NCBI GenBank assembly: GCA_965261595.1
Contig: CBDHDG010000006.1
Location: 1,536,001-1,600,000 of the forward strand
From: a bacterium
GTDB lineage: Bacteria > UBA8248 > JACPRG01 > G963555815
Length of the DNA stretch: 64,000 bases
Reading direction: 5' to 3'
A program made the translations under genes and the position numbers. Under the pieces are notes generated by a model. The model saw only the letters and a list, made by a program, of their open reading frames with translations. It had not been told where the DNA came from and made no database searches. Each line of letters starts with the position of its first letter. The stretch's first letter is position 1. This document shows, piece after piece, positions 11,672 through 22,900 of the stretch.

Positions 11672-13042
11672 TTGGCAGATCTCAAGTGGTTTGTCGGAAT
11701 CGATTGGGGGTCCCGAATCCACCAGGCCTGCATCCTCGACGCGAACGGCGACGTTCGAGCCGAGCATGCGTTCGCCCACGGCGGCGCCGGTTTCGCCGCG
11801 TTGACGGACTGGATTCTGTCCGGCACCGAGGAGGCGCCGGCGGACCAGGTCGGCGTGGCCATCGAGACGCCTCGCGGACCCGTGGTCGAAACGCTCCTCG
11901 GATGCGGCTTCGCCGTTCACTCCATCAACCCCAGGCAACTGGACCGCTTCCGCGACCGTTACTCGCACGCCGGGGCGAAGGACGATCGTCGCGACGCCCT
12001 GGTGCTGGCGTCGGCGCTACGCACCGACCCGCACCGGCTGCTGCGGGTCAAACCAACGGCTCCCGCAATCGTCGAGCTGCGCGAGTGGTCCCGCATCGTC
12101 GAGAGCCTGACGCGCGAGCGGGTGCGCCTGTCCAATCGCATGTGCGACCAGCTCTGGCGTTACTACCCCGAGTTCATCAATGTCGTGGAGGACTTCAATG
12201 TTCACTGGGCACTGGCCCTTTGGAACCGCGTGCCGACGCCCGCGGCCGTGCGCGGCGTCCGGCTTTCCACGCTCGAGAAGCTTCTGAAAAAGCACCGCGT
12301 TCGACGTATCACCGCCGAGGAGCTCCGCGACCAGCTTACCGCGCGCGCCATCGACATCGACCCCAGCGCAATACGCGCCGCCGAGACCCACGCCCGCATC
12401 ATTGCGAAGCAGCTTGCGCTCGTGAACCAGCAGTTGACAGAGGCCAACTCACGTCTCGAGGCGCTCGTCACCCAGCTCGCCGAAGCCGCCCCCGATCCGG
12501 ACGAAAGTTCCGAACCGGGGCAACACAAAGAACAGCGTGACGTGGCTATCCTGCGTTCTCTGCCCGGAGTCGGCACGGTTATCCTCGCCACGCTGTTCGC
12601 AGAGGCCGATGACGCTCTGCAGCGCCGAGACTACCACGCGCTGCGCTGCTTGTGCGGCGTGGCGCCCGTCACCAAGCGCTCCGGCAAGAGCATGCGCGTC
12701 TCCCTCAGACGCGCCGCGCATCGTCGCCTGCGCAATGCCACCTACCATTGGGCACGCGTGGCCATGCAGAAGGACCCCGTCTGCAAAGCCAAGTACCAGG
12801 TGCTTCGCTCCCGAGGCCACGGCCACGCCCGTTCGCTGCGCTCCGTCGCAGACCGCCTCCTCAATGTCGCCTGCGCCATGCTTCGCGACCAGACACTGTT
12901 CGACCCGCAGCACGCCAGCGCTGCAGCAGGTTCACACCGCGAAGCGGTCAATGGAATCTCAATTGAATCATCTGTTGTTGGTCCTGTGGAGCTTGTGGGC
13001 GAGAGGGGCGAGAGTGTGGGCAACGCGGTGGGCAACGCGTAA
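11672..13042 (+). CDS. IS110-family DEDD recombinase/transposase
   Basis: FVGIDWG, VAIE, AKDDRRDA, LPGVG and GVAPVTKRSG. TTG start after AGGGAGGGAG. Confidence 0.93.
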   Translation: MADLKWFVGIDWGSRIHQACILDANGDVRAEHAFAHGGAGFAALTDWILSGTEEAPADQVGVAIETPRGPVVETLLGCGFAVHSINPRQLDRFRDRYSHAGAKDDRRDALVLASALRTDPHRLLRVKPTAPAIVELREWSRIVESLTRERVRLSNRMCDQLWRYYPEFINVVEDFNVHWALALWNRVPTPAAVRGVRLSTLEKLLKKHRVRRITAEELRDQLTARAIDIDPSAIRAAETHARIIAKQLALVNQQLTEANSRLEALVTQLAEAAPDPDESSEPGQHKEQRDVAILRSLPGVGTVILATLFAEADDALQRRDYHALRCLCGVAPVTKRSGKSMRVSLRRAAHRRLRNATYHWARVAMQKDPVCKAKYQVLRSRGHGHARSLRSVADRLLNVACAMLRDQTLFDPQHASAAAGSHREAVNGISIESSVVGPVELVGERGESVGNAVGNA

Positions 13043-13470
13043 GCGTTGTCCACGGACTTGTCCATACGGCCCGCAGGGCTCGCGCCGGTCCTCAGGACTC
13101 GTCCACAAATCCATAGGACTACCCCCTTGCAAGTTGGTGAGGAGTCCGCTTGCCGGGCCGGCGCCCGAGACCCGCGTCTCAATCCCGGAACCGCACAGGG
13201 CGTCCGGGACAGTGGCTAACAATATCCCTCTCGACGTGATGGCCCATTGTCCCACACGTGCTCGCTGCGCCAACCCCGCCTCCGGCGGGGTCCTCCTCTT
13301 CGTTCCGGCCCTGGCTTGCAAGGCTACGGCGCTGAAGCGCCTAGGCGCGCCAAGAACCGCGACGGTGGCTTTGCAGCGCGCGCGTGGGCCACTCAACCAT
13401 CACGTTCGGAGACTCTCTCCGCACAACGAACCATAACGGTTCTCTACACTCAATCCATAAGGAGAGCATC

Positions 13471-14394
13471 ATGCACGATATCGACAACATCTCAGAACAG
13501 AACCAGTCCGTCACCGCCACCGTCTGCGACCAGGCGGCTCTCTTCGGAGCAACCCCGGAGCGCGACGAATTCGACAACCGGGAGGTCTGGGACCCGGAGA
13601 ACGCCCTCTCCGCCGTCACGGAAGCCTTCCGCATCATGGCACACGGCGTCGCCCCCGACGGAACGCAACTCGCCGACGAGCGCGAGAGCCTGCTCTGGGG
13701 ATTCGTCAACATGCTCGACGCCCAGACCCAACGCCTCGACCGCGCGGCCGACAGGCTCCTCCCCGACATGCGCGACCTCCAGCGAGAGCAGGACGGCTCG
13801 GAGATCCGGTCCCGAGAGCTCGAACTCGTCACCGACCGAACCAAGAACCTCACGGACCGGCGGGACGCCTTCGAGCAACTCAGAGATGCAGCGGCCGAGG
13901 CCTACCGGGTCGAGACCGGAGACCTCTGGCGGCCCCGGCGCGGGTCCCACACCTCCCAGACCGGCAAGCTCACTTCGGCCATGATCGATGCCCGCGACTT
14001 CCAGCGTGCCCGCAGGGACCGCGAGAACAAGGCGCTCCTGCCCCAGGGAACGCTCGTCGCGGTGGCAGGCGGCAAGCACGCCGGCGACGCAGGCGCCATC
14101 ATCCGCACCCTCGAGAAGCTCAAGGCCAAGTACGACGACGTGGTCCTGGTCCACGGCGGTGGCCCCGGCGTCGAGAAGATCGCGGCCAAGTGGGCGGACC
14201 GCAACGGCGTCCACCAGATCGTCTGCAAGCCCAACTGGGACGCACACGGACGCGCGGCGCCCTTCCGGCGCAATGACGAGCTGCTCGATCTCCTCCCCAA
14301 GGGCGTCATCGCGTTCCCGGGTTCGGGCATCACCGACAATCTGGTCGACAAGGCGCGCAAGCTCGGCATCCCGGTCCAGTGCGTCGCCGCCTGA
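13471..14394 (+). CDS. DUF2493 (SLOG/YspA-like) protein
   Basis: VAVAGG, LVHGGGPGVEKIA, AAPFRRND and IAFPGSGIT. AAGGAG RBS upstream. Confidence 0.85.
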   Translation: MHDIDNISEQNQSVTATVCDQAALFGATPERDEFDNREVWDPENALSAVTEAFRIMAHGVAPDGTQLADERESLLWGFVNMLDAQTQRLDRAADRLLPDMRDLQREQDGSEIRSRELELVTDRTKNLTDRRDAFEQLRDAAAEAYRVETGDLWRPRRGSHTSQTGKLTSAMIDARDFQRARRDRENKALLPQGTLVAVAGGKHAGDAGAIIRTLEKLKAKYDDVVLVHGGGPGVEKIAAKWADRNGVHQIVCKPNWDAHGRAAPFRRNDELLDLLPKGVIAFPGSGITDNLVDKARKLGIPVQCVAA

Positions 14395-14772
14395 GCCCAA
14401 CGACCTCGCGGGTCGCGTCGCCACCCGGCGGCGCGGCCCGTTCTTCTTCCGCGTTGCCCGCTGCCGCACCGCCCGCCGCTCTTCGCACCGCACCGGTGCG
14501 GACCCCACTGCTGACTCCGTCCCGCACTGCTCCATGCACCATGCTCCGCACGGCCGTCCGCTCAATCGCCGCGGCGGCTCCCCCGCGCGTCCCGCGCCCG
14601 CGGAGATCCCCCCTTCGCTCGTTCCTCACATTTTGGTCTGTCGGACGCCGGTCGGCGCTTTTACTCTCACACCTGACGCAGCGGGCTGCATGTGCGCTCC
14701 ATGCGCGCGCTTGTCCTGCATTCCTGTGCGCAGTCAACGACCTGCGGCGTCTCTGTGATGCCGGAAAAAGTC

Positions 14773-14899
14773 CTACCAATCTGGTAGCTCCCTGAATCGA
14801 GACCCAAGCTGCTGATATTGCGTCGTTTATCGGCGCCGCGCCCCAATGCGTGTTTGCCGTGCAATACGCCCCGAACACGGAGCTACCAAATTGGTAGCT
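14773..14899. promoter_or_regulatory. Pair of palindromic operator-like sites upstream of the RHH gene
   Basis: CTACCAATCTGGTAG (14773-14787) and AGCTACCAAATTGGTAGCT (14881-14899), 110 bp apart. Confidence 0.6.
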
Positions 14900-14975
14900 G
14901 TCAGTCCGCTGCCATTCGCCCTCGATTCGGCACCGATTCCGCCCCGAAACGGGCCAGACACTCGAAGAAACGACC

Positions 14976-15284
14976 ATGGTTCAGACCGTCCAGAAGAACA
15001 TCCGCGTCACCCCCGAGCAGTGGGAGCGCATCGAAAAGGCCGCCGACGAGCGCCGAGTCTCGGCCAATCAGCTCCTCGTCGAACTCGCCATGGAGGCGCT
15101 CGACCGCCGCCGGTGGCCACGCACCGAGGCGGAAATCCATCTCCTGCGCTCCGCAATGTTCACCGCCCAGGCCATGTCCCGCGACATGGCGGCGGCCGGG
15201 CGTGGCGACGAGATCGCCGAAATCGCCCGCAACATCTCCAAGGTCGCGCCGGAGTTTCCCGAAGAGCCGGGTAGAAAGGGCTGA
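14976..15284 (+). CDS. Ribbon-helix-helix DNA-binding protein
   Basis: KNIRVTPEQWERIEKAADERRVSANQLLVELA fits strand-helix-helix; a degenerate paralog lies at 33416. Confidence 0.7.
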   Translation: MVQTVQKNIRVTPEQWERIEKAADERRVSANQLLVELAMEALDRRRWPRTEAEIHLLRSAMFTAQAMSRDMAAAGRGDEIAEIARNISKVAPEFPEEPGRKG

Positions 15285-15409
15285 ACACGTAGCCCCAAAG
15301 AGCCGATACAGTCGCGCGAACCGGGAATTCTCGGACTGCTTTTCGACGCTCCGACCGTCGAGGACACGCGCATTCGGTCGTCGCTTCCGGACAGTAACGT
15401 GGTGAAGAA

Positions 15410-17613
15410 ATGGTCGATCAAACATCGTTGAACCAAGCGTGGGGCGCACTGCGCGTCGTGCTCAGGGAGGCCTTCTCGTTCTATGAGATCAAGGATCTCG
15501 CCGGATTGGCCGGCATCGACGTCACTCGGCTGGCCCGTCTTGAACAGAAGGCCGGCGGCGGCGCATCAAAGCGTCAACTCATGACCGCATTGGATCGCGA
15601 GATCGCCCAGCTCGGCCATGCAGACAAGGCGCGCGTGCTGAACCATTTCGCGGAAGAGGTCGTTCGCCAGCCGCACTACGAGAGCGAGCGCCTCGACGAC
15701 TATCTTGAACGATTGGGCTGGCAGTTCGCGGATGGGAAACTGGTTCCGATCAACGTGTTCGACGTCGCCGAACTCGCCAACCTGCCCGATGTATCGAAGA
15801 CCGATTTGCTGAAGGCGGCCACCCGCCTTCGCGACGGCGACTTGAGCGGTGCGCTGGGCGCAGCCTGCGCAGCCGTGGACTCGGCAACCAATGCCGTCTA
15901 TGCGGACCACCGCCTCGGCCCGGAACCTGCCATCGAAAGACAGCTTCCAGACGCGCTGCACGAAGGCGCTCAACGCCAAGAAAACCATTTCACGATTGCC
16001 CGGCGAGCTGACCGGCATGGGGTGGAGCGCAGCCGACGCCAAGATGCTCTCGGACAATCTGCGCGGCGCCCTGAACCAGGGCGCCTATCCCCCGCTCTAG
16101 GGTTTTGTTGGACACTCGATTGATCCATGATTCATGGAGAAAGGGGTGTCGCGATGAACGAACAAAAGCAAGAGGGGGCTTTGGCGGAGGGCGCCCGCAG
16201 GGCGAACGGAGCCAAGGCCCCAGGGCATCGCAGTGAGCGGGGTCGGTTCTCCTGCCAGCGCAAGCGGGAGGCGGTCCTGCGTCTTTTGCGGGGCGAGAGC
16301 CTGGAGACGCTCTGCCGCGAGTTGGGCACGACAGCGGTTCGGCTTTCCGCCTGGCGCGAGGCGTTCCTTCGCGGGGGCGAGGCGGCGCTCAAAGCCCGCC
16401 CGGCGGATGAGCGGGACGAGGAGAACGCCCGGCTCAAGGCCAAGGTGGGCGAACTCACGATGGAGGGCGAGGTCCTGCGGGAGAAGATCGACCGCCTGGA
16501 GGCCGGCCGCCCTTTAGCCGGCAGGAGGTGGAGGCGATGAGTCAGGCCCGCTTCACCTCCACGGGCAGAGCCTACGGCCTGAAGCGGGTGTGCGCCCTTT
16601 GGGGCTTGGCGCGCTCCACGGTCTACGCGCAACGGCGGCGAGAGGCGGTCCCCGTTCATGAACGCCCCACGCCCAATAAGCGCGGCCCTGTAGGCCCGTG
16701 CACCGATGCGGAACTCCTCGGCCACATCCGGCAGGTCCTGGAGGACTCTCCCTTCCATGGCGAGGGCTACCGCAAGGTGTGGGCGAGGCTGCGCTTCACG
16801 GGCATCCGCACCAGCAAGGAGCGGGTGCGTCGCCTGATGCGGGAGGCGGGGCTTCAGGCCCCCCACCGGGTGGGCAAACCCCGAGGTCCCAAGGCCCACA
16901 ACGGGACCATCCGCACCGAGCGGCCAGACCGAATGTGGGGCACGCACATGACGACGACGGTGACCACCGAGGAGGGGATGGCCTCGGTGTTCGTGGCGGT
17001 GGATCACTGCTCGGTGGACTGCGTGGGGATCCATGCGGCCAAGAGCGGCAACCGCTTCGAGGCCCTGGAGCCGATCCGGCAGGGGGTCGCCGAGCGCTTC
17101 GCCGGCTTGGAGGCGGACGTCGCCGAGGGGCTTAAAGTTCGTCACGACCACGGCCCCGCCTATCTGTCCGATGACTTTCAGCGGGAGATCGCCTACCTGG
17201 GCATGACCAGTTCGCCCAGCTTCGTGCGGGCGCCCGAGGGAAATGGCTACTGTGAGTGGTTTATCCGCATCTTGAAGGAGAATCTCCTGTGGGTGCGCTC
17301 TTTCGCCACCGTAGAGGAACTGCGGTGGGCGCTGCTTGAGTTCAAGAACCTGTACAACCATCATTGGATTCTCGAGGGCTACGGCTACCGAACGCCGGCC
17401 CAGGCAAGGCAGGAAAAACTCGCTCAAGTTGCGGAGGCCGCATGAGGTCGAATACCCTCACCCGAGTGTCCAATAACCCAGGGGCGGTCCACCTACGTCA
17501 TGCAAGCGCTCCGTTCGAGAATGAGCGACGTCCACGCTTCCAAACCCGTGCTGAACCCCCTGGTCTACGACTCTCTCAAGTGGGCAGCGCTCATCGTGCG
17601 CATGTTGAAATAG
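15410..17613 (+). pseudogene. Abi/HEPN-like protein, frameshifted (~15930) and split by IS3
   Basis: Removing the IS and one CCTA copy restores ALNQGAYVMQALRSRMSDVH...RMLK*, containing an Rx4-6H motif. Confidence 0.6.
16088..17491 (+). mobile_element. IS3-family element, copy 1 of 4 (1404 bp, TSD CCTA; first catalytic D>H)
   Basis: orfA 16154-16540 and orfB 16537-17445 overlap by ATGA. Ends are TCCCCCGCTCTAGGG...GGGGCGGTCCA. orfB reads WGTH. Confidence 0.95.
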
Positions 17614-17686
17614 CTCCGTGGGCGCAACGCCGTCTCGCGGCACCACCACCGCTCGACCGTGTCCACTCCATGAAAGGGAGCGCTCA

Positions 17687-18070
17687 ATGGCCGAGAACGC
17701 AACTCCCGACCAGCAACTGGCGTCCCTTCTCGTCAGGACCATAGCGCTCCGTTGCATGAGAAACACCATGATCGAGAACATCCATGCGGGCCTCGTGCCG
17801 GTCACCAGGACCGGGGACTACTCCGACGTCACGGTGATCGACGCAGATGCGCGGCGGATTCCATGGCCCGAGGTCTCGCATCTCGACGACGACGCGATGC
17901 GCGCCCTGATGCGCCAGGTCGTCGACCGCCTCTACATCTTCCAGGTCCGGGCCGAAGGACCGGGATTCCTGGATCAGATCGGCCGCTTGATGGAAGTCGC
18001 GAGCCTCTGGGACGAACCCAAGCTCGACGAGTCCCTCCTGCCCGGGACCGCCGCAAGGAGCGACCCATGA
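17687..18070 (+). CDS. Hypothetical protein of the mobile element
   Basis: AGGGAG RBS; GC-rich third positions; ATGA overlap with the next gene. Confidence 0.7.
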   Translation: MAENATPDQQLASLLVRTIALRCMRNTMIENIHAGLVPVTRTGDYSDVTVIDADARRIPWPEVSHLDDDAMRALMRQVVDRLYIFQVRAEGPGFLDQIGRLMEVASLWDEPKLDESLLPGTAARSDP

Positions 18071-18345
18071 CGCAACCCACCACCACGGATGCCGGACGCC
18101 GCTACGCCTTCGCCCCGCATCCGGACCCGATAGAAGAGATTCTCTATCGCATTCACATCGTATTTGAAGAGCCCGATGGGCGCCTGTGGTCGGCGGGAAC
18201 CGACTTCATGGCGCCGACCATGGAAAGCGCGGAGGCGTTTGCCGAGGAATTGAACAGCAAGCTTGGACTCGACTACACCACCTGGGCGGAATTCGCCCGC
18301 AGAGTCTTCGCAGCGAGAGTGGCACCAAGTGACGTCCCAGACTGA
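18067..18345 (+). CDS. Hypothetical protein
   Basis: AAGGAG RBS; start overlaps the previous stop (MTQPTTTDAG...). Confidence 0.6.
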   Translation: MTQPTTTDAGRRYAFAPHPDPIEEILYRIHIVFEEPDGRLWSAGTDFMAPTMESAEAFAEELNSKLGLDYTTWAEFARRVFAARVAPSDVPD

Positions 18346-18418
18346 CGCATCTCCGCAAGTCTCCCGCGTCCGTATCTCCAACGCCGATATGCGTCGTCCA
18401 CGCAAGGAGTAACACAAC

Positions 18419-18907
18419 ATGAGTTCGGTGCTTTGGGACGGAGACAACCTGATCCAGAAGGTCGGGCAGAACACTGAGGAACTGGGACATGTCAAGCTGG
18501 ACGAACACGCCGACGAATACGTTCTGTGGCTGAAGGACACCCGCGGCGTCTTCGCCCCCGGCAATACCTACATACGAGGTGACACCTTCCCATCGATGAA
18601 GGACGCGAAGCAGCGTGCGGCCTCGTCCGTGTCCGCCTGGCTATTCCATTACATGTGGCTGGTGGGTCTTCGTGACAGCGCAGAGCGGTCCGACAGCGCC
18701 ATTGCCCAAGCCATAGCGGATGCCCAAGACGGCAAGCCCCTGAAGGAATCCACGTTCAAGGAGGAAATGGAAAAGCTCACCAAACACCTGAACCGGGCCG
18801 AGGCCGACGCACGCGAGAGCGTAGGGAAAGCACGAACGCGGGAGAGGTGGTATTTCTTTGTGGGACTAGCCTTGGCCTTGATCGGAATTCTCGTCTCCGT
18901 CAACTGA
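18419..18907 (+). CDS. Hypothetical protein with a C-terminal transmembrane anchor
   Basis: AAGGAG RBS; ends WYFFVGLALALIGILVSVN after a helical region. Confidence 0.65.
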   Translation: MSSVLWDGDNLIQKVGQNTEELGHVKLDEHADEYVLWLKDTRGVFAPGNTYIRGDTFPSMKDAKQRAASSVSAWLFHYMWLVGLRDSAERSDSAIAQAIADAQDGKPLKESTFKEEMEKLTKHLNRAEADARESVGKARTRERWYFFVGLALALIGILVSVN

Positions 18908-19128
18908 CCTAGCCGCTCCTTCGAATTTCCAGGACAAGGCGGCTAAAGCCTAAGATCGCGATCCACATTGCGGAGTTGCCGATCGCCGGCCTTCATTTCG
19001 AGCATGCGCCCCTCCCTCGACCGGGAAGGTAATCCGCCCCTCCGTGCCCTCCGTCACCACCGCGGAATATCGCGCGATCGGGGTGAACCCACAGATCTCA
19101 ACCATTCATACTCGTCTCTTCGGATATG

Positions 19129-19620
19129 TCAGAGGAGTCCCTTTACGGTGCCACGGCGTTCAATTACTTCGAAGATGAAGGCGAACGCGCATGGAACAAT
19201 AAACAGACATACGACGACCAGTTCCACACCAGCAGATGGCTCCCTCGCACCACCGAATGCGCCTGCAAGAATGACAAAACACGCGAGAAAAACGCTCACG
19301 ATCATTTTGACGCGGTGCGTTGATGGATGCCCATTGTAGTCGGTAGCCCAGCCAAGTGGGTCCAGTCCGCCCCAAGCAGGGCGTTTTCCTGCCTGCTGGA
19401 TTACGAAGCGAACCTCGGGAACGAATCCTCCTACAAGCAAAGGCAAAATTACTCCAGGCATTCCTAGCCATGGCTCATCTGTGAACGCATAGAGTAGTGT
19501 TCCGGCCCACGCGAGCATCATCAAGATCATGGACGAAAGTCTTTCAAAACACAGCTTGCCACTGGTGTTGAAAAAGTACGGGAGTACCCGTTCTTCGAAC
19601 TGTCCAACGCGGGTGGTCAT
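19129..19620 (-). CDS. Hypothetical membrane protein (about 4 TM segments)
   Basis: Several hydrophobic stretches; GGAGGGG RBS before MTTRVG. Confidence 0.55.
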   Translation of the reverse strand: MTTRVGQFEERVLPYFFNTSGKLCFERLSSMILMMLAWAGTLLYAFTDEPWLGMPGVILPLLVGGFVPEVRFVIQQAGKRPAWGGLDPLGWATDYNGHPSTHRVKMIVSVFLACFVILAGAFGGAREPSAGVELVVVCLFIVPCAFAFIFEVIERRGTVKGLL

Positions 19621-19929
19621 TCTACCCCTCCGTAGCAATTACAATTTCCGAAACCAGCGGTCGACTGAACGCCCACAACCTTGACCAAGAGCGAATTGTA
19701 ACTCCGACGCGAGTACAACCTGCACCCGATAACAAACCTGCACGCTGATCGCGCGGTCTGACCCCCAACACCGATACACTCATCCGAGCCGCCGATGCCG
19801 CCTGCTTCACGCGGATTTCCCGACGCTCGGCCGGTGAAGCAGCGCAACCGTTCCGTCGTATGGCCAGATGCCCCGCCTCGGCGACGACTCCCATTCAGAC
19901 ACCTATTCTGACTGCGCAGCCATCTCGCG

Positions 19930-22900
19930 CTACTGCAAGACCGCCGATCGTGCAGCGCCTTCCGACGCCGTCGTCACGCGTTTTTCGATTGCCTTCAATG
20001 CCGCAATCGCTCGCCAGCCGTGTTCCTGGCTCGAACCGTATTGGCGGAGCAGCGCACGGTCCGAGCCGTTTCCATAACTCTCGAGAACCCTGATGCCAAA
20101 CGCGAGGATGCGTTTCCTGTCGAAGCGCGACCAATGACGAAAGTATGCGACCTGGCTCGTGGGGTCGGCGAGCGCATCCCGGCTGATAGCAGCGGCTTCG
20201 GCTGGGAAGCGCCCGACGACCGAACGCATGACCGTCTCGTCTCCCGGCAGCAGATCCCATCCGTCTCGCGACACGTCCTCGCACTCGCGTAGGACGTCGA
20301 GTGCCGCTCCGTTCCCAGGCTGCATCAGAGCCGCGACTTCAGGCTTGCACGCCTCCAGCCTTTCTTCCTCGTCAAGATCGGCCCGGTTGCACCAGTACAG
20401 AATCGCGCCGCAAGCCTTCATCGCTATCGCCCACGGGGCCTCGCCCTCGGTTCGATCGGCCGGGAGCGTGCAGCCGAGCCTCCCCAGCGCGATGTGCGCC
20501 GCGACGAAGGCATAGATGTCACTCTGCGGCATGGTCCGATTGTCCGCCGGCGGCGGGCTCGTCCACCGCACAATGCTCTCCCCGACGTCCGGATCAGCGA
20601 ACGATCCGAGCTCCAGAAGCAGCGGCCCGAGAAAGAGCGCGCTCTCCTTCGCTCCCCGCGACGCCATCTCCAGCAGCGTCTTCTTGTCCCGGACCGCGAG
20701 ACCCGCCACCACCTCGCAAAACGCATCCGAATAGGGATGATCGAACTGCGCCAAGTAGATGCCCCATGCTTCCTCCTGAAATTCGCCGTCCGTCGGCTGC
20801 GCCAGGCACTTGCCAATGCGCTCAAGCACGACCGTCCGATGCTCGCGCGCACCCTCATCCAGCGCGCCCAGACTCTGAAGCGCCTCCATGATGATCGACG
20901 CGACCCAGGGATCGCACCCGCCGAGCAACTCTTCGATCCTCTCGATCAATTCCGCCCGCTCGGCCTCGTCCTCTGTATCACAACGAATGGCCGCCGCATC
21001 CATGAGCGCAAGGCGCAGGTGGTACGGCGCACTGTCCCAATTCGCCGATATTGCGCCGGGACAGGAACGACGCCGGAACTCCGTCCCACCGAGACAGCGT
21101 CAGGACGAGATGGAGCTGTCCCGGAGACATCTCCCGCGCCATCAGCTCCCGCAAGACGCCACCGCCTCCTGCCTCGCCAGGCCGTCCGAAGCGTCCGCTT
21201 CGCGCCATGAACACGCCGCTGCCCAGCTCGGCACAGATCCTGGAAATCCCTGGCGAGCCGTGTGACCGCTGCGGAAACACATAGCCGATCGCGAACAGGT
21301 GGCTTCGTAGCCTGGCTCTTCCAATCTCGGTTTCCTCGCCAATCCGAACAGACTCGTCCGCGATGCGCCGGTCCAGGATCCCGACGATGTTCAACGCATC
21401 CTCAAGATCCCGACCAGCCGCCATCCGTCCGGGAAACACTGCGAAGAACGCTCGATCGCACCGGCTCCACTGCACAAGGGAAGACTCCTCGAACTCGACG
21501 TGGTCGACACCCTCGCCGCCCACCCGGAAGCGGAGGGTACGTGCTTCCTCACGGAGCCCAATCCACAGTCGCCGGCACTGCGCCTCCGCCCAATCCTGCA
21601 CATCTCTCCCGCATTGCCCGTCCAAGCAGGCCCAGACCGATCCGGACTCCTCCAGCCTTGGCAGCAGCCGTTCGAGCATGCGCTCGTCGTCGACAGCCCC
21701 GATGATCAGGTCCTTTCGCCCGGCATGCAGCGGCGCGGCAAGCGCTCTCAGGATCGGTTCCGGCGACTCCCCGGCTTGCCGAACCACCGCCTCAGCCGCG
21801 AAGGCATCAAGCAACATCTCGTGCGGAAAACTCACCCTGTCCCCGCGCAGCGTCAGCAAACCCCTGTCGATGACGGAATGGCGAACCGGCACCGGCACGC
21901 CGCTCGCGTCCATCAGTCGATCAAATACGCGGATCGTCAGGCTGAACGCGAACCGCTCGCACAGCCAAGCGGCCACCTGCGAAAGAACGCGAATGCCATC
22001 GCTTGCCACCCCGCTCAACCGATTGCGGGCGAACGCATCGAACAAGGCATAGCGGCTGCTTCCCGGTGGGAGAGTGGCCCCCACTGCTCCGACGAGCGTT
22101 GCCTCCAGGCCTGTCGACACGGCGGCTAGGAGATGCTCGATCGCCTCCGGTCGCACCTTCCCTTCCGAAGCCGCCGCTGCAATGGCGACCTTGGTTTCCA
22201 TTGCCGGCGGCGGCACTTCGATCTCCCGCAGCTCCAGAAGATCGCCGCGCACCGGCGCCACCTGAGACGCCACCACGACCCCGCCTTTGTATCTGGCTGT
22301 CAGCGCGGCCATCCCCCGGGTGAACCGCCCCTGCAGATCCTCCGCGCACTCGTTGTACCCGTCGACAATGAACAGGATGGGCCGACCCAGCCGCCAAGCG
22401 TCGTTGAGGAGTTGCACTCCCGACCGCGCTCCCAGCAGTCCCGCCTCACGCTCCACCAGCTCCTTGACGCTGCCGCCGAAATCCTTGCCCTGCACGCTGA
22501 TCGCAACACCGTCCCGAGCATTGAACGCGACGCCCGATGCCTCGGCCAGCATCGACTTCCCGCACCCCGACGGCCCCTTCAGCAACACACCGCCGCGTCG
22601 CTCGAACACAAGACCGGCAACATCGCGCGACGAGATGGTCTCTCCACCCGATCGGCATGCGAACGGAACCAGTGCCTCGCCATTCCCATAGGTCCGGCAG
22701 AACATCGCCCTGTACTGCCGAAGACGGTCTTCCGCCTCCGCCAGCCCGGGATCACAAGCCGCACACACCGATGTTGCCAGCGTCAACCCAAGATGATCCG
22801 AAAATTGCTTCCACCGCTCGACCGACCACGCTCCTCGCGTCCGCTTGCCAAGCTCTCTCTCCAGCCCGTCCTGTCCAATGACCGAAACCTTGCTGTTACC

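Larger units (their letters stand above)
11440..13147 (+). mobile_element. Complete IS110-family element bounded by TCC at both ends
   Basis: TCC occurs at 11440-11442 and 13145-13147. Removing the element rejoins GCTGCGCGC-TCC-GCTTGCC. Guides in the left non-coding region match both the target and the circle junction. Confidence 0.9.

Noticed and set aside
16132..17427. 431-aa minus-strand ORF repeated four times, and other long antisense ORFs (7778..9097, 54275..55546, 58968..60494)
   Set aside because: These are shadow frames of GC-rich genes with no recognisable motifs; repetition only reflects IS copy number.
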